DNA of 59,149 bases, counting the filler, from Gonapodya sp. JEL0774 (taxonomy: Eukaryota), in assembly GCA_027604505.1 (NCBI GenBank). It is 9 parts of 9 records of this genome, joined end to end, with 100 filler letters (N's around TTAATTAATTAA, not from the genome) between each part and the next. Parts side by side here need not be neighbours in the genome. Positions count along the whole stretch, not along the records: positions 1 to 6,522 come from JADIIX010000583.1; positions 6,623 to 13,131 come from JADIIX010000584.1; 7 more parts are not named here. The stretch is one strand, 5' to 3'. A program made the translations under genes and the position numbers. Under the pieces are notes generated by a model, which saw only the letters and a list, made by a program, of their open reading frames with translations, ran no database searches and was not told the origin of the DNA. This document shows, piece after piece, positions 1 through 10,767 of the stretch (position 1 is its first letter; every line of letters begins with the position of its first letter).

Positions 1-2520
1 GCAATGCATGCGCAGAACGAGAGCCAGGCGGCGTCATTGCTCTCCTGGTATGGGAAGGTTAGCGGGAATGGGAATGGGTATATTATATTGCCGTTGATCA
101 AGCACTCGTGCGGTGGTGTCCCTGACCTGGCCAGTACATAACTCAGCCCTTTTCAATAGCAGAAAAAATACTATCCCCCGTTTATTTGCTCCACGTTTGT
201 GCACGATCTAAATGGTAGTACATTAGTGGTGAGTTGCTGCTCATCGCGAGTGGCATCCTGTACATGTATCCGGGAAGGAAGATTGATATGTGTGATAGCC
301 TGCAAATATATCTTGTGAGATGGACGAAAAAGATAACAATCGCGGAAACGGACGTATACCACGACATTGCGATCGATATGTTCCACGAACTCTGTCAAAG
401 CCGGCAGATGGCCCAGTATGTGTTAATTCCTCTACCGGCGCACTTCCTGTGACGAGCACATCCAGTTTCATTAAAAGAAAGTCTCTATGTGAAGGTTGAA
501 AGGTCCGTAGAAGAACAGTGCATTGCGGATGAACGATGGAGGATGGGAAGTGGTGACGACGTATTGGAACTCTGAAGCGCGTATAATGCCTGTGTAGAGA
601 TCAAAGTCAGATTTTATTCAGACGCTCAATGGAGATCCATTTTACATGGTGCTCTGAATGTGGATAGTGAAGATCGTGGGCGAAATCATTCGACATATGT
701 GACTACTCATAGTACACGAATCGCGGACGGAAATAGGACTCGAATACGTGTGTCCCGTGTACACACCAAAATCGATTAGTGGGAAATCAAGAATGTTTCT
801 CGGCAGTTTAGCTTCCACGTGCACAGCCCCCCAGAAGAGAGACACGCCCGAGAAGGTGATATAACCGAGATGGTTCTTGTCCCCAATTAGTATTGCGAGC
901 GCAACGACCCTGTGCAAACGGCTATGCCGAGCACAAGCGTTACGGTGCATTGTGAATTGGGTTAAGAGTTCTGACTGACTTGAGACACCTCGAGAAATCG
1001 ACAGCAAGGATGAGCTTTTTGGGCAAATGTTCTGCTTGCAGACAATGCATCGCATACAAGTGTAAGCGACTCCAGTGTCTTCAAGATGACTTTTGCACCA
1101 AATTGTTTGTTCCACCACTTACGAAGAATGGCATAAAGTTTTCCAGGCGAAAATTTTATTCTCTATGTTTCTCCATGCATTCAGATGTATCTCGGTCGTT
1201 TTATCACCGCGAACACGGGTCCCTCACAAAGGGAAAAAGCTCGAAGCGAAGGTATACCAAGCACAAAGTACTCTCCCCGACCTTTATTACACGAGTCATG
1301 ATTCCAGAAACATCAACAAGAGTCGAGTTCAGGCGCGACAGTGTATAGTATGTCGGGATGAATTTGGAGAGACTTCCTGATTCATTGTCGTTAGTCACGA
1401 TGGACACTCAAGAATCACGTCCCGCAGAGCGAGGAACCATCAATTGATCACATCATTTGCGGAGAACGTAGAGTACCTAAAGTTTTTGCGTCCGAGGGCT
1501 GGTTGGTTGAACTTTGGCTCCAGGACAATGAAAATTAAACTCGAGCAAACCACAGCTGAATGATGAGCACGAGTGGATAGAAGCTTCATCAAAGAGTACA
1601 CAGATAACGCCGAGAGTAAATGGAGGCGTTCATTCGGGAGGTGGTACGAATGAGCAGAAATGTCTTTTGCTGAATCATCCCAATCCCGCATGAAACGACC
1701 ACAAAAGGTGCATTAAGCAACATCCGCACGGGAGTCTGAGAGCAAAGTTTCATCAGGAGTAAAAGGTCCATCAAGTGGGTGTGTTACTCCCGATGAAATG
1801 CGACTACTAGAGATGGTGATGGAGCACAAGGGGATACAAGCGCTTTTCAGCGCCATCGGAGGTTTCCGACTGGCGAGGGACGTCGACAGGTTATCCGAGC
1901 GAAGAGTGGTTGATTTCATGTTGGTATGCATCACGTTCTGAATAAATTCTTGCAGAATATGTAGAATGACTGGAGAAAATGTGCTCAATCCCGGAGCGGC
2001 CACAGCAACGCACTCTCACCATTTCAAGGTTTGACGTGAACAGTGAGGCAACTTATTAAATCTGATAACAGTATTCGAAGCTCACTGTCGATGCCGTGAA
2101 AGCCTCGAACCTACGTTTTCGTGGGGTTATCGGTTTGCAGTCTTTGAAGCTCGGGCGCCACAACATGACAACCAACCTTCAAACAGAGGCAAACTGCTAC
2201 TTGCCAGGATGAACACATGGTCATACTGGCAGAGAAAATAAAAGTTCGGTCGCCGAGGGCAGTCCAAATAAATTAAAAAAGGTTGAGCATCCGCAGGCTC
2301 GACTGGAGTTGAAACCGAGCAGGACACGAGACAACAACCTTGCGGACAGAGATTCACGAGTCCAAATAATTGAAAGAATTTGATTTAGACATTTACAATA
2401 CAAAGAGTGATGGCCGAAGCCGTAGCATTACAGTGTGTGGTTACGGAACCGTGCTCAAGCGCGAGGTGGTTACGTCACGGGTTGCGGGACTACAAGTGGC
2501 GATCGGAAAGAGCACAAGCT

Positions 2521-2967
2521 TCACTTGCTTCCACACGAGCACGAGCTACCGTTGGCAGTGCATTTGCAGGCTGGTAGAGAAAACCAGAATATAATGGGCA
2601 GGATTGGCGGGAAGATCAGAACAGCAGAAGGTGAGAGACAATCTCATCCCTTCTCGATCGATGAAGAAACAGCAAAACTGAAGTGCCATAAAGCATAGCT
2701 CTGGCCTCCATGGCGCCCAATTGTCGATCTCCATCGACTCCGCAGACTGTTCCGGCCTCAAAACTCACCGGCTCCACACGAGCATCCGTGGTCCGCAGTC
2801 TGTGCGGGCGCGGGGGCAGGCGCAGGAGTTGTGTTGCACTTGCAACCGTTTTCAGAGGCACAGTTGCAGGCTGGTAATGACGAGGATCGGCATGATGGTC
2901 AGAACGGAACCAATTCTAGGTCGTGGACTGGGAACAGAAACTCACAGTTACCGCAGTTGCAGGGCAT
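2521..2967 (-). CDS. Metallothionein, 57 aa, 3 exons (2967-2946, 2870-2769, 2570-2521)
   Basis: Joining at GT..AG introns gives MPCNCGNSCNCASENGCKCNTTPAPAPAPAQTADHGCSCGAACKCTANGSSCSCGSK*, with 12 Cys in six CxC motifs and no aromatic residues except one His. A TATA-like element lies ~60 nt upstream. Confidence 0.92.
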
Positions 2968-3022
2968 TTGAGATTGCTTTGTCTAGGAAGTGTAGAGATG
3001 CTCTGATGGCTCTTTGATGGCT

Positions 3023-3029
3023 TCTTATA
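3023..3029 (-). promoter_or_regulatory. TATA-like element (TATAAGA) of the metallothionein gene
   Basis: TATAAGAAG on the minus strand ~60 nt upstream of the MT ATG. Confidence 0.45.
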
Positions 3030-3518
3030 GGCCTGCGGGATTTTTGCATGACCCGGCGAAAATCACGCTCAGGCATGCGCCACGAGAATTCTCTCCAACA
3101 ATTCCAGAAGTTTCGTTGTGTTTTCCGTTTCTTCTCTTTGGTTTCAGTATTCGATGTTCGATATTCCAACACACACAGTCACAACTCGTCATCCCAACTC
3201 AGCCCATCATGACTCATTCTGTAAAATGCTATCGCATATGCTCGACAAAGTCTCTCAGTGGCATTCAAAATTGTCCTCATGTTCACTTCTCCCGATAATG
3301 ATGTCCATACTTGTACTCGACCAGCAAGTTGCGACAAAATCCCAACATTCGCCGTGACAGCTCATGCACAAATGTGGTTGTGGTCTGTTCCTAGTGTTGC
3401 AATGTAAAATTGCTATTGTGCACACACGCATCATTTCAAAGAACAGCACAGTCATATTACGATACTCTAGTGTGGAATAAATTTTGAATTGACACACCCA
3501 GTGGGAGATTGGGATTTG

Positions 3519-4477
3519 ATGAACTGGAATTTTCAAACAAAAACTGAGTCAGAAGTTTGGAGCAGGTGAGTGAATACAACAACAAGCTGATTGAATTCAC
3601 CCAACCATGAACGCAACACCAGCTGATAGCTCTGACCGACCTGCAAATCCTCCTTCCGATGCATTCCCATCCTTTAGTAAGCGTTTTCCTGCACTGTTCC
3701 TTCAACTCATTGTGACTGTAACGAACCTCCGTCACTTCCTGATGAAGGCCCAATGCCCACGGCCACTCTCTTCGCGCACCTCGATCGTATTCGAGCCACG
3801 CAAGTCCGTCTAGCTATGGACCATATGGCTCTGACGTCGCTCCAGAAGGACGAGCGAGGCGCAGGTCCACTCACGATGGAGGATATGTTCGGACCCGAGA
3901 CAGCAGCTTCTTCATCGCCTGCAGCGAAAGGGAAAGACAAGGAGAAGGCAGGATCAAAGGAGAAGTATCAGAGAAATAGCGAACGCTTTCGGAGTAAGGA
4001 GAGGGACGTGGACGCGCTAATGGGGAAGGTGAAACTTCAAAGGCGCATTACCTAGCTCAACTCGGAATCTCATATCTGTGACACAACTGTATTCAGCTTG
4101 ACGAGCTTTCTGCTCAGCTCGCCCAGTTTGTCTCCGAAACTTTTCCTGTAACTCCTCCCCCACCAGCACCCACGGATCGACCATCATCGTCTCCCGGGGA
4201 TGGGCCGTCAGTTTCTCCTGGGACAACCGGTACTCCGTTCATGAGCATGGGCGGTTTTGGGACCATGCCACCGAAGAGAGCGGTATCGCCCCAGGCACCA
4301 GTCTATTCAACGTTGGCACCAGGAGCTGGACTTCCAGTGCCTCCTTTAGCGAGTACAACAGCTTCTTCAGCTATCCCCTCACTATCACCGTCAAGAAAAG
4401 TCAGCGCAGGCCACAGCACGAAACCCACAAGTCCCGAGAAGACTGCAGACAAGCGGGAGGGATTGCCGAGATCCTAG
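3519..4477 (+). CDS. Hypothetical protein, 4 exons, with a helical/coiled-coil core and Pro/Ser-rich tail
   Basis: Phase-consistent GT-AG splicing gives MNWNFQTKTESEVWSSSDRPANPP...LDRIRATQVRLAMDHMAL...DVDALMGK|LDELSAQLAQF...REGLPRS*. Divergent from the MT gene. Confidence 0.6.
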
Positions 4478-4856
4478 ATCTTCTGGCTATACAAGAAACA
4501 GCGCTAGTTCTGGTCAATTCAATATAAATCACTTCTACTCTCCGCACACGGAAATGAAGTTGACGTGTTTGAGCCGCCAGTCATGAGTACATACACGACA
4601 GATGTATCACTATTGCTCAAAAAATTTAGAGTCAGCCCGTCTGATAACGGCATAGTCTCGTTCTACATTATATGTGGCGTGAACTTCATTCTAACTTAGG
4701 GAAATCAAACAAATATTTGTTGCAGGGTCTCGGGGTAAGGCTTCTGTGCAGGCCTTGTGCAACGACCAAAGCAGAGCCCCTTCAGGCTCTCCATCACTCG
4801 ATCCCTCGCTCGAACTGCTCCATCATTTCCAGCGCTACACAAGAGATCCACCGAAA

Positions 4857-6522
4857 ATGTCGTCCAAATTCGCCGATATGCCGGCGTTCAAGTAGGCAGC
4901 CCGAATCGCGTCATGAAATTTTACTTCCGCCTCTCCCCCTCAAATTTGCATTCATCACCACGATCGCTAGGAAACGGCGTACGGGCCCTCCGCAACAACC
5001 GTCTGGTCAATCATTGGGTGCAAGCTCGTCATCGGCGCCTGGACTGGGCCAGGGTCCACCTGAAGCGACCACCACATCGGGAGCGATGGTTCGACCCGGT
5101 TATGGCGCTCGCGGAAGGGCGGTGAAAGTTTTGTGAGTGTGGTATTATCTGATGGCCTCTTCGTGATGTTAGATGTGATGGATTTTCGGCAGGACGAACG
5201 TGTTTCCCTTCACTGTGCAAGATTTCAACAAGACATTCGAGCAGTGTCAGTAGACATTGGGGTAATTGTTACCGACCTTGACAAGCTAATTTAATGCATG
5301 TTATTTGGTGCCTTTGTAGACGATGTGAATATCGAGTTCGCGAGAACTCCAGACAAGGGGGTCCCAGAGGGATTGGCGGTACGGATCTTTAGAACCCTCA
5401 CAAGAGCGCAAGGGCCCGGGACGGCATCTCAGCTGGGAGATACACCAATAGCCTACGACGGTCAGAAGATCGCTATCGCAAAGACCAAGCTTGAAGTTAT
5501 CCCAGATGAGTATGTTTTGTTTAAGGCTAGTAGTTTGTTTCGATCCCGTCTGACGGGTATCGTCATTGGTACTCCAGAGGCAGGAGCTTCGAGGTCCCAA
5601 ATCTTCATGCCACCGTCACAATCAAGCACGCCGCCTCTATTGACATGCGCGCAATTTATCAATATTTGCATCACCAAGCTGGTCCAACACCGAACCACCC
5701 GATCGACCAAATCAAAGCCTTGAACATCGTGTTTCGCGATGCCCCGCGTGAAAGCTTTGAGGCTTTTCGCCGCAATGCATTTTTCTTGCCAAGGCGCTTG
5801 GATACGGTGGGGAATTCGGTCGATTTGAAAGGCGGATACTCCATTACGACTCGAATTGCAGGTGAGCACCATCGGTATTTTTGCGCCTCTCAGGGAACTG
5901 TTTGTGGCCATCACTAATTGTTTCCTTTCTTTGAAGGGAATGAGACGGGACTTGTTGGTTGGTGCACTTTGTAGCAAATCGGAATCACCCTCCCAGTTCA
6001 GCTGTAAGCACTGATCTCGTTTTTCCCTCCTAGTAAACGACAAGGTCGCTCTTTTCCGTCCCGAGGGTCCATTACTGGCGTATATCTGTGCAATTCTTGG
6101 CAAAAACGAGAGAGCCTGGAACGATACGGGTGGCCTGATGAACGCGAGTGAACGAGCCCGTGTCAGTATCGCATGTCGGGGGATGAAGCTTCGATACTCT
6201 CCCACGATGCCGGCGCCGAACAGACAGCCAGGAGCCAATGACCCTAAGAACATGTACTTCCCCTTCAGTGGTCTCACAGAACAATCGGCAGTACAACTAG
6301 AATTTGGTAGGTCTTTTCTCACGCGCTGTCTCCCTCAGCACTGTCCCATGATTTCTGTCCGTAGATGTTGCCGGTAATCCACAAAACGTTTTGAACTACT
6401 ACCGTTTAGTGAGTTCTGTCGGTATCTCCCTTTGCGTTCTCTTTTCAGCTGATATCCTCGCACTGTATGTCAGAACAAAAACTATGAGCTAAGATATCCA
6501 AATTTGCCTTGCGTTATAAAGG
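4857..6522 (+). CDS. AGO: Argonaute (N, L1 and PAZ regions), 3'-truncated by the contig end
   Basis: Spliced motifs RPGYGARGRAVKVLTN, YDVNI, AYDGQK, DQIKALNIVFR, GLTEQSAVQLEF and YELRYPNLPCV are typical of eukaryotic Argonaute N/L1/PAZ. Confidence 0.9.
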
Positions 6523-6622
6523 NNNNNNNNNNNNNNNNNNNNNNNNNNNNNNNNNNNNNNNNNNNNTTAATTAATTAANNNNNNNNNNNNNNNNNNNNNN
6601 NNNNNNNNNNNNNNNNNNNNNN
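6523..6622. other. Artificial contig linker (N-run, TTAATTAATTAA, N-run). The same linker occurs at 13132-13231, 19725-19824, 26314-26413, 32902-33001, 39476-39575, 46048-46147 and 52601-52700.
   Basis: Identical 100-nt spacer with stops in all six frames. Flanking segments decrease monotonically in length from 6522 to 6449. Confidence 0.98.
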
Positions 6623-6707
6623 GGAGGTGAGTGGGTCACCGCAATCGGGGGCGCTCGTGAGAAGTTTGTGTGAAAAGGGAAGTGGCGGAATAGCACATCA
6701 CATTCAC

Positions 6708-6886
6708 CTTGTAAGATTTGCCGAGGCCCGCAATGCAGCAAGGCCTGTAAGTGGAGTCACGTGCGACATGACAGGGCCCACAGCCAGCTGTCCCAGGCTG
6801 GACTGCGAGGTCAACGCTCCAGCGGGAGTGTTCGCACTGGTGGCTTGGGCAGACGCTGCCGCTGCAGAGAAGGAAGCGTCAGACAT
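6708..6886 (-). CDS. Probable first exon of an unknown gene that runs off the contig
   Basis: MSDASFSAAAASAQATSANTPAG...ANLTR followed by a GTGAAT donor. Confidence 0.35.
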
Positions 6887-7304
6887 GACGGAAACAGAGC
6901 TCGGGTGGTGTGGGTGGGTCTTTGAAATCCTGAATTGGTCCCGCGAGGCCGAATTCAAGTGCACAACAAGACAATGTGGGTGCCGACAGAGAAGCTAACA
7001 GTCTCTCTATCTGCGCACCAAACAATAATTACATATAGTATTCGATGTAATTATTGCACCACCACTGTGGAAGAAAGGAAAAATCTTTCTTCCATGGAGC
7101 GGGCAGGTGTTTTGCCCGCTTGAACGAATGTGAGCGTCCTCACATCCCTAGTGCAAACCGAACATGTTTCATATGGGCGTGCCCAACTGAAACTCAGTTT
7201 GTCCAGCCCAACATACCCGAACATCATGTGAGGGAACTGCCTTTTGACCGCATCCGCGGCAACGAGAACACAAAAATTCTTTATGTCTTATCGCCATATT
7301 CAAA

Positions 7305-8765
7305 ATGAACGACCCGACGATCGATTCCTTCCCACTCGAAATCCTCCACCGGATATTCCGCCTCCTTTCTCCGCGAACCTTTTACGGCACCATTCCTCGT
7401 CTTTCACGTCACACTCGTGCCGGCACGCTGGGCTATACCGGGATGCCCCGGAAACATCGTGGGAGTGCACTTTGAGATATCTTTTTACCGGGGGGTGCAC
7501 TTTCCAATATATATCCCATAACATACGCGGGTCGATCTGCCGCTGCCACATTTAGAGTCAGTTTCACGATGGAATTTCCACATCCGGACATTTGACTTGG
7601 CGCTCTGTTACCTTGCTGAGATGTCCAGTACTTGTGTACATGTCGGACATTGCGCGCTCAAAATCCAACCAAGATATTCGTCATAATGAGCAGATCGATG
7701 AAAAGAAGCACTGCAAGCAGCTCCTTGCACAGGTACATTTCAAAATCTCGGTGGCGACTTTCCGTGAAGACCCTGATTGTGCCGCTCCCGCTTGTCGAAG
7801 GTAGTGACTTCGCAAGGACACAGATGATTCTTCGGAAGGTGTTTGATGGCGCATACCAAACGGGAACTCGGGAGATTAAACTGGTTCCAGCGCACAATGT
7901 CTCCATACGGGAGTCCATTCCCGAACATCTGACTATGACTTCAATGACCAGGTTGCACCTCCTCGGAACAACATTGTAGAGGGTCCTCAGATACTCTGCG
8001 AAAACTACTATTTCCAGAAAACACTACGAACACTGGCCACACGTTTCCGTCATTGGAAACCGTGATCAGTGGGCGGATGTTTCTCTCACCAATGCAATCC
8101 AATGGTTCATCATTTGATACGTTCATCGAAGAAGCTATTCCCCTTTTATGTCAACACTGATGATCTACGTACGAGATCAGCAGTGCGTGGTGCTTCGCAA
8201 ACGTGGACTTGGACGCGTGCATCTTCTCACTGCAGCAAAGGAGTACCCAAACATCCATGAACTTGGGGATCTTTCTATTGGCGAACCGAAAGCTCTCATC
8301 AATTCAGTTTCTTGCACCACCCTTACAACCAACACACTTTCTGCTCTCAAACGGGTGCGGAAAAGTCATCTGCGTATAAACGATGAGGCGCTCAATGCCA
8401 CTACCATCGATTGCTGCAAGCAAATTGAACTACTCACAAGGACTCTCAATTGTACCTTCTGCAGCGTGCGATTGATGATTGTTACGATTGCGCTACCCAC
8501 TGCATAGGGTACCCGTTTCACACTTCCGCCCTGTTGTGGTCTCGCAAAGTTTATGACTGAGCTGATTGGTGCCACTGCAGTGTCTTCAAGCAATGGCATA
8601 TTATATCAGTTCAGCGTCGCTAAACTGTTCATCAGGGACCCGACGCCAAAACTGAGTCTGGAAATGGAGCGTTACAAGGAATGTAAACACGGGCCTGCAG
8701 CCTTGAGGGACTGGGATGCACACAGTCGACTGACTGTGATCAACGGTGTTCGCAGTCAAAGATAA
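7305..8765 (+). pseudogene. Frameshifted paralog of the intronless F-box-like gene at 28404-29837
   Basis: Collinear blocks in alternating frames (FPLEILHRIFRLLSPRTFYGTIPRLSRH / IPGCPG / IPEHLTMTS / FPSLETV..IEEAIPL / YPNIHELG..ALKRVRK / PAALRDWD) match the 477-aa ORF, with several frameshifts and stops. Confidence 0.85.
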
Positions 8766-9184
8766 TCATCACCTCGTGGTATCGGACATGCCGTATAAAC
8801 TTCACAGGGACTACACCAAGGTGCTGCTGAGAAGTGACCTGGACAGATAGTGTACTAGGGTACTTGACCCAAGTGACGGATAAAAGAGTGGTGGTAAGCG
8901 TTGGACGTGGTCTCACGGAGCAACCAAGTGCGTGAATTCAAAGGTGTTCGAGAAGGTTTGTACCGGCTCATAGTATTTCAGAGATTAGTAGGACCAAATT
9001 TTTCTTGCAATTTACACAAAACAAATGTTGATTTACCTTGAATGCTACAGCAGGAAGCTCGTTGCCAAGTTCTTCAAAGTCAGCTCTTGTGCTGTGGACA
9101 CAATGAATATCTTCGCAAAACCTCTCACCACACATACCTGCCAATTCGTTGCAGAGACCAATTCTGAATCCCGAATCTTGCTTG

Positions 9185-10643
9185 ATGATGGCCCATTCAC
9201 TCCCTTTGTGTAGTGTTCTCACCTGCCGCGCTCCGCTGAACGCATCGGAGGACTGCCTCGTTCGAATCCGAATATCTCCGCGTCACATCAAGCAGTTAAC
9301 GGCGCTGCCAGCAACCGAGAATCCTATCGCATGGGCGAAGAATGGACTTGCTGCTTGTCACGCCCGCTGCTGGGATGCAGTGCTCGAGAAGGCACGTGAC
9401 GACATGAAAGCGAAGAAACCGCGCACAGCGAACCCTCCAGGAAGGCGGACCCGAGCACCGACAGCACCTTCGGCGACCGGCGCGAGTGCGGGGCACGGAG
9501 GTGAACATTCATCACATCCATCGAAAGGGAGGATCATCGCCGCCCAGCGAATCGTGGATGCGGAAGAGACCGCCGAACGGATCGATACACCCAGCAAGGT
9601 TCGCGAGGCGGCGCTACAGCTCGCCGAAGCAATCAAGACCAACGACGGTATCATGTTTTTCACGGGGGCGGGAATCTCCACAGCCGCAGGCATTGGGTAC
9701 GTTTAGCAGTAAAAGTATTCTGATTGTTTCGCCAGAACTAAACTCGGCTGACGTCGGCAGAGACTACCGAGGACTGTTCGGCAAGTGGAACGAACAAGAC
9801 CTCAAAGTCGCGCAGGCGACATCCTCTGTTGAAAGCGCCTTCAACACTGACGACAGTTCCCAGAACGACAACGATGACGACGGAGATGCGGGCGTGCCGT
9901 ACGATGACCTCCGTCCAACTCTTACACATGAAGCTATAGCATGGATTGTCGCTTCCAAGCCCAAAGGGGCGTGCACGGTGGTGACACAAAATTGTGATGG
10001 ATTGCACGAACTCACCGGACTCACGCCGGACATTCTGGCCCCACTTCATGGTTGTGTCTACACTGAAGTCTGCACCAACCCAGCTTGCCGTTCCATTTTT
10101 ACACGTACCTTTTACGTTCTCAACGACGCCGCGTCAGCTTACTTTGAAAATTTACAGGATGCGAAGTCAGCAAAGGCACGACGCGCACTTGGCCCACCTC
10201 CGCCAAACGTGGATCAGTGTCCAACGTGCCAGCTTACTCACTCTACAGGTCGGTCTTGCCCACCACCTTGTAATACTCCCCTCAAGGACACGATAATCAA
10301 CTTTGGTGACGATCTAGATGAAAGGGTGTGGTCTGTAGCAGAAGCCTCGGCAAAGAAAGCGCCATTGCGCATTGTACTGGGCTCTACAGTACTCGTCACG
10401 CCGGCTTCCACTCTTGTCACAGACCGTGTCCGGAAGAAGATGATAGTCGTGTGCAACAGGCAAGCGTCAGGGGCTGACGATATTGCAGGAATCCGGGTGT
10501 ACTGCGACTGTGACACGCTCATGGAGCAAGTAATGCTGGTGCTATTGGGCTCTGAAAGAGCTTACGCTGAATGGACTGAATCTATTGAGCATAAGAGGAA
10601 GGATTACGACAAAATAAGGTCACAACATGGTGAAAAGCATTAA
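9185..10643 (+). CDS. Class IV (SIRT6/7-like) NAD-dependent deacylase with a putative N-terminal Zn finger; intron 9697-9760
   Basis: FTGAGISTAAGIGDYRG..GKW, LRPTLTH, TQNCDGLH, LHG, H.TGR.C, LKDTIINFGDDL, VLGST. The start codon is uncertain. Confidence 0.9.
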
Positions 10644-10767
10644 CTGTAGTAGTTTTGTATTCCCTAGAGTTTCAGTGTTTTCTGCCGGTGTCTCTGCGCG
10701 ACTCAAGTGATGGATCTGATCTTTATTTATCCGGCAAGACGGTAACGTCCCGAGCAAATGTCGCTGC

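Noticed and set aside
1..2400. Short protein-like frames and splice signals
   Set aside because: No consistent gene model could be assembled and no family was recognised.
3419..3425. TGCACAC metal-response-element-like site upstream of the MT gene
   Set aside because: A single 7-mer is expected by chance. MTF-1 is an animal factor, and no clear Ace1 consensus was found.
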